Of a stretch of 49,191 bases of DNA, positions 46,021-49,191 are shown piece after piece; position 1 is the stretch's first letter; each line of letters opens with the position of its first letter. The position numbers were made by a program, and so were the translations under genes. The DNA lies in contig NC_068986.1 in NCBI RefSeq assembly GCF_001194135.2, positions 63,631,583-63,680,773 on the forward strand, in the 5' to 3' direction. The DNA comes from Octopus bimaculoides. Taxonomy: Eukaryota. The notes below the pieces were generated by a model that saw only the letters and a program-made list of their open reading frames with translations, had not been told where the DNA came from and did no database searches.

Positions 46021-47334
46021 CATTTTGCACTGTTGTTCTGCTTACCAAGCTATATGAAAAATAAAGAATAAAAAATGGCAACAACTATATACATGTGATC
46101 TTGAAAATTGCAATACAAATTAAGGTTATTAGATTACTTACATTTGACAATAACTTTGCATAGACTGAAATAAAATGATTAAGAATTTATAAAATATTAA
46201 TTGCAAAGTATTTTATTTTGCAATAGCACCATAGAATTCTTAAATAGGATTAAGTCAGCCAAAGTTATTCAGTTTATTTTTCAACTCATGGATGATGCAC
46301 ATTCTACCTGTAACAGTTTTATTTTGTCTTGCGTATTCCATACCTAACCAATTCCATTTGTTTTTATCCAAATGAGTGATCTATGTTTGGATACAATATT
46401 TCCTTTGATAAGCCAAAATAATTTTTTAAAAAATCATTGTGTGTGTGTGTGTCTGTATGAAAATGATGTGCTTTATATTATATATCATATAAAATGATGT
46501 GCTTGATATAACATTAATCTCATGATGTTATGCAATTCCAGATTGATTTCACTCTTTGTCTCATAGTCTTGTTTTACTACCTCATTTTTGTTCACTGATT
46601 TAATCAGTTTACCACATGTAGTCATTTGTGTGTAGTTTACCTACCATAACTGACATCAGAACCAGTTATTCTCATGTGTGTATAAAAAAAAAACACACAC
46701 ACAACAAAGCAACTAACTAAATTGCAAATATATATACTCATCAGTTTGGAATCAGTTTTGATATATTGTTATGGATGAGTGACTCAAATTTTCGTTTCTT
46801 GACTAGGGCATATTTTTTAATATCTATTTAGTTCTATAGTTATTGCTTTAAATTAAAGTTTTGTATTGCTTTAGGTACCATCTGTATTTTTATATTTTTA
46901 CATTTTCGTGTGTGTACACACACTCACACACACAATAATGAAAATATTATTGACTGTAAATATACATAAAAGTATTTTGTTGAAAATGTGCTTCTTAATG
47001 TTCTTTTCACCAAATTCCCTGAAGGCTTGCAGACACATTAAAAGTAAATATTTACTTTTAGATTCACGGCTTGGAAAATTGTTGTAAAGAAGTCTGTGAA
47101 AGAGCTAAAATATGAGATTTTAGGAGTATGTTGGGGCATGAAAATTCATTTGGATACTTTGATGATATAGGGATACTAGCAGAGTTTATTTTATGAGTTA
47201 AAATTCTTAGTAATGGCAGACAGGTTGACAATAGATACAAGGGAATAATTTATAGGTATGAAAACATTTTGAGAATGCAAAGTAGCTTAAGAAAATGGCT
47301 AGCAATTTTGGCATTTGGGTTGATAGCTTCCATT

Positions 47335-47990
47335 ACCTGGGTTACCAAGTCAGTAGGGGGTGGTGATGCTCTGAGAGCATAGCTGCTAGGATAAGAATAG
47401 CCTGGGCAAAGTTCAGAGAGCTCCTACCTCTGCTGGTAACAAAGGGCCTCTCTGTCAGAGTGAAAGGTAGACTGTATGATGCCTGTGGCAGTGAAACATG
47501 GGCTGCGATTGCTGAGAACATGCGTAGACTTTAAAGAAATGAAGCTAGTATGCTCCGGTGGATGTGTAATGCCAGTGTGCATACACGATAGCTGCCTGAC
47601 TGGCATCTCTGCCAGTGGCATGTAAAAAAACAACATTCGAGTATGGTCGATACCAGTGCCACCTAATTGGCTCCTGTGCTGGTGGCATGTAAAAAGCACC
47701 ATTTCAGTATGGCCTGCCAGTGCCACCTAACTGGCACCCTTGCCAGTGGCATGTAGAGCGCATCATTCGAGCATGACCGATGCCGGTGCTGCCTGACTGA
47801 CTTCCATACCGGTGGAACATAAAAAGCACCCACTACATTCTCAGGGTGGGTGGCATTAGGAAGGGCATCCAGCTGTAGAAACATCTGCCAGATCAGAGTG
47901 AGTCTGGTGCAGCCTCCCAGCTTGCCAATCCTCAGTCAAACCGTCCAACTCATGCCAGCATGGAAAGCGGGCATTAAACGATGAGGATAA
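47335..47990 (+). mobile_element. RTE LINE fragment, 5'-truncated and internally deleted
   Basis: SESIAARIRIAWAKFRELLPLLVTKGLSVRVKGRLYDA..ETW..EASMLRWMCNASVHTR, then a jump into the 3' UTR units and the tail gcgggcattaaacgatga. Confidence 0.88.
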
Positions 47991-48899
47991 GAGTATACTG
48001 AAGTATTGTAACTGTATGTATGATGTTTATAAAAGTGTATTGATAATGGTGACATGTGCTTGTTGGAAACATTTTGAAGTGAACATAGCAGACAACCTAG
48101 AATAACCCAGATAACCAAATTTTCTCTATGCTTATGAATTTTGGCTATGTTTGTACACACATGCAGTTGGGTAAAGCACAATTTTACACACACCCCAGCC
48201 AAGATAGTGTCAGATGTTATTTTTGTGCTCTCTTCTGGAACTCATTAGTAAAGTTTATGCAGTGGAATTTGGGTGCATGGACTAAACCAGGGTCTTCAAA
48301 ATTAATCTAGATATTTTTTATGGAAATGGATTTGATTTTTTTTTTTTTTTTTTTTTANNNNNNNNNNNNNNNNNNNNNNNNNNNNNNNNNNNNNNNNNNN
48401 NNNNNNNNNNNNNNNNNNNNTTTTTTTTTTTTTTTTTTTTTTTTAACTGACCCAAATAAAATATGACTCTTTCAATTACTATCTCATATGGAAAGAAGTC
48501 TTTTTTTTTTTAATCTTTCAGTATCTCATTATGCTTACAGGAATACTTATATTCATGACTACTTACTTTATGAATTTGCATCTGTTTTCAGACCTGCATT
48601 AGTAGAATAAAAATTAAAAAATTTTTAACATTTTTTTTTTTTTTGTTTTCTTATAAATTGTTTTGATAACAGAATTCTTTTCACTTTTGTGACCACTCAA
48701 TCGACTGTGATGTAGGAGTGGACCCAGTTTTTATCAGTCAAGTAAACTGCAACATTGTGTACATGTGTCAGGAGCATAACTGTAGCTGTGATGAAGTTTG
48801 AACTTTAGATTGTGTTCAGCAGAACAAACTGTGTGTATATGTGTGTGTGTGTGAACATGCATTTTTAGTATGTATTGAAAAAATTGCATAAATCAAGAA

Positions 48900-49191
48900 T
48901 CATCATCATCATCGTTTAACGTCCGCTTTCCATGCTAGCATGGGTTGGACGATTTGACTGAGGACTGGTGCAACCGGATGGCAACACCAGGCTCCAATCT
49001 AATTTGGCAGAGTTTCTACAGCTGGATGCTCTTCCTAACGCCAACCACTCAGAGAGTGTAGTGGGTGCTTTTACGTGTCACCAGCACGAAAACGACCACG
49101 CTCGAAATGGTGTCTTTTATGTGCCACCTGCACAAGAGCCAGTCCAGGGGCACTGGCAACGATCTCGCTCGAAAACCCTGCGGTACTGGCA
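48900..49191 (-). mobile_element. RTE 3' end running off the window
   Basis: Near-identical to 14208-14500. Confidence 0.9.

Overview
AT-rich, repeat-dominated eukaryotic DNA with seven N gaps (357-1112, 4417-4516, 10786-11408, 12840-13085, 25159-25347, 35189-35288, 48358-48420). The repeat families (CORE-type tRNA SINEs, RTE LINEs with (GAT)n tails, long (AT)n/(GT)n tracts) match those I know from octopus genomes; this attribution is inference. No multi-exon host coding gene can be reconstructed. There is a probable promoter/first-exon region near 24.2-24.9 kb and one good 45-nt exon candidate at 38926-38970. Everything else that codes is transposon-derived: an internally deleted Gypsy LTR element with 5-bp TSD, a full-length but broken mariner, two copies of a two-headed mariner derivative, a decayed hAT, RTE and CR1-like LINE fragments, and at least two Penelope-like elements (PLEs) with GIY-YIG endonuclease. 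The most striking theme is hammerhead-ribozyme (HHR) cores in several different mobile elements. (1) A 260-bp tRNA-headed, Pol III-type SINE carries a minimal HHR and is inserted with an 11-bp TSD into the Gypsy 3' LTR. (2) An HHR-like fold lies in the terminal repeat of a PLE. (3) A decayed HHR-like core lies in a ~285-310-bp tandem/inverted repeat that resembles a retrozyme. Together these suggest a PLE-driven set of non-autonomous ribozyme-bearing RNAs. All RNA folds were read by eye and none is experimentally or computationally verified.
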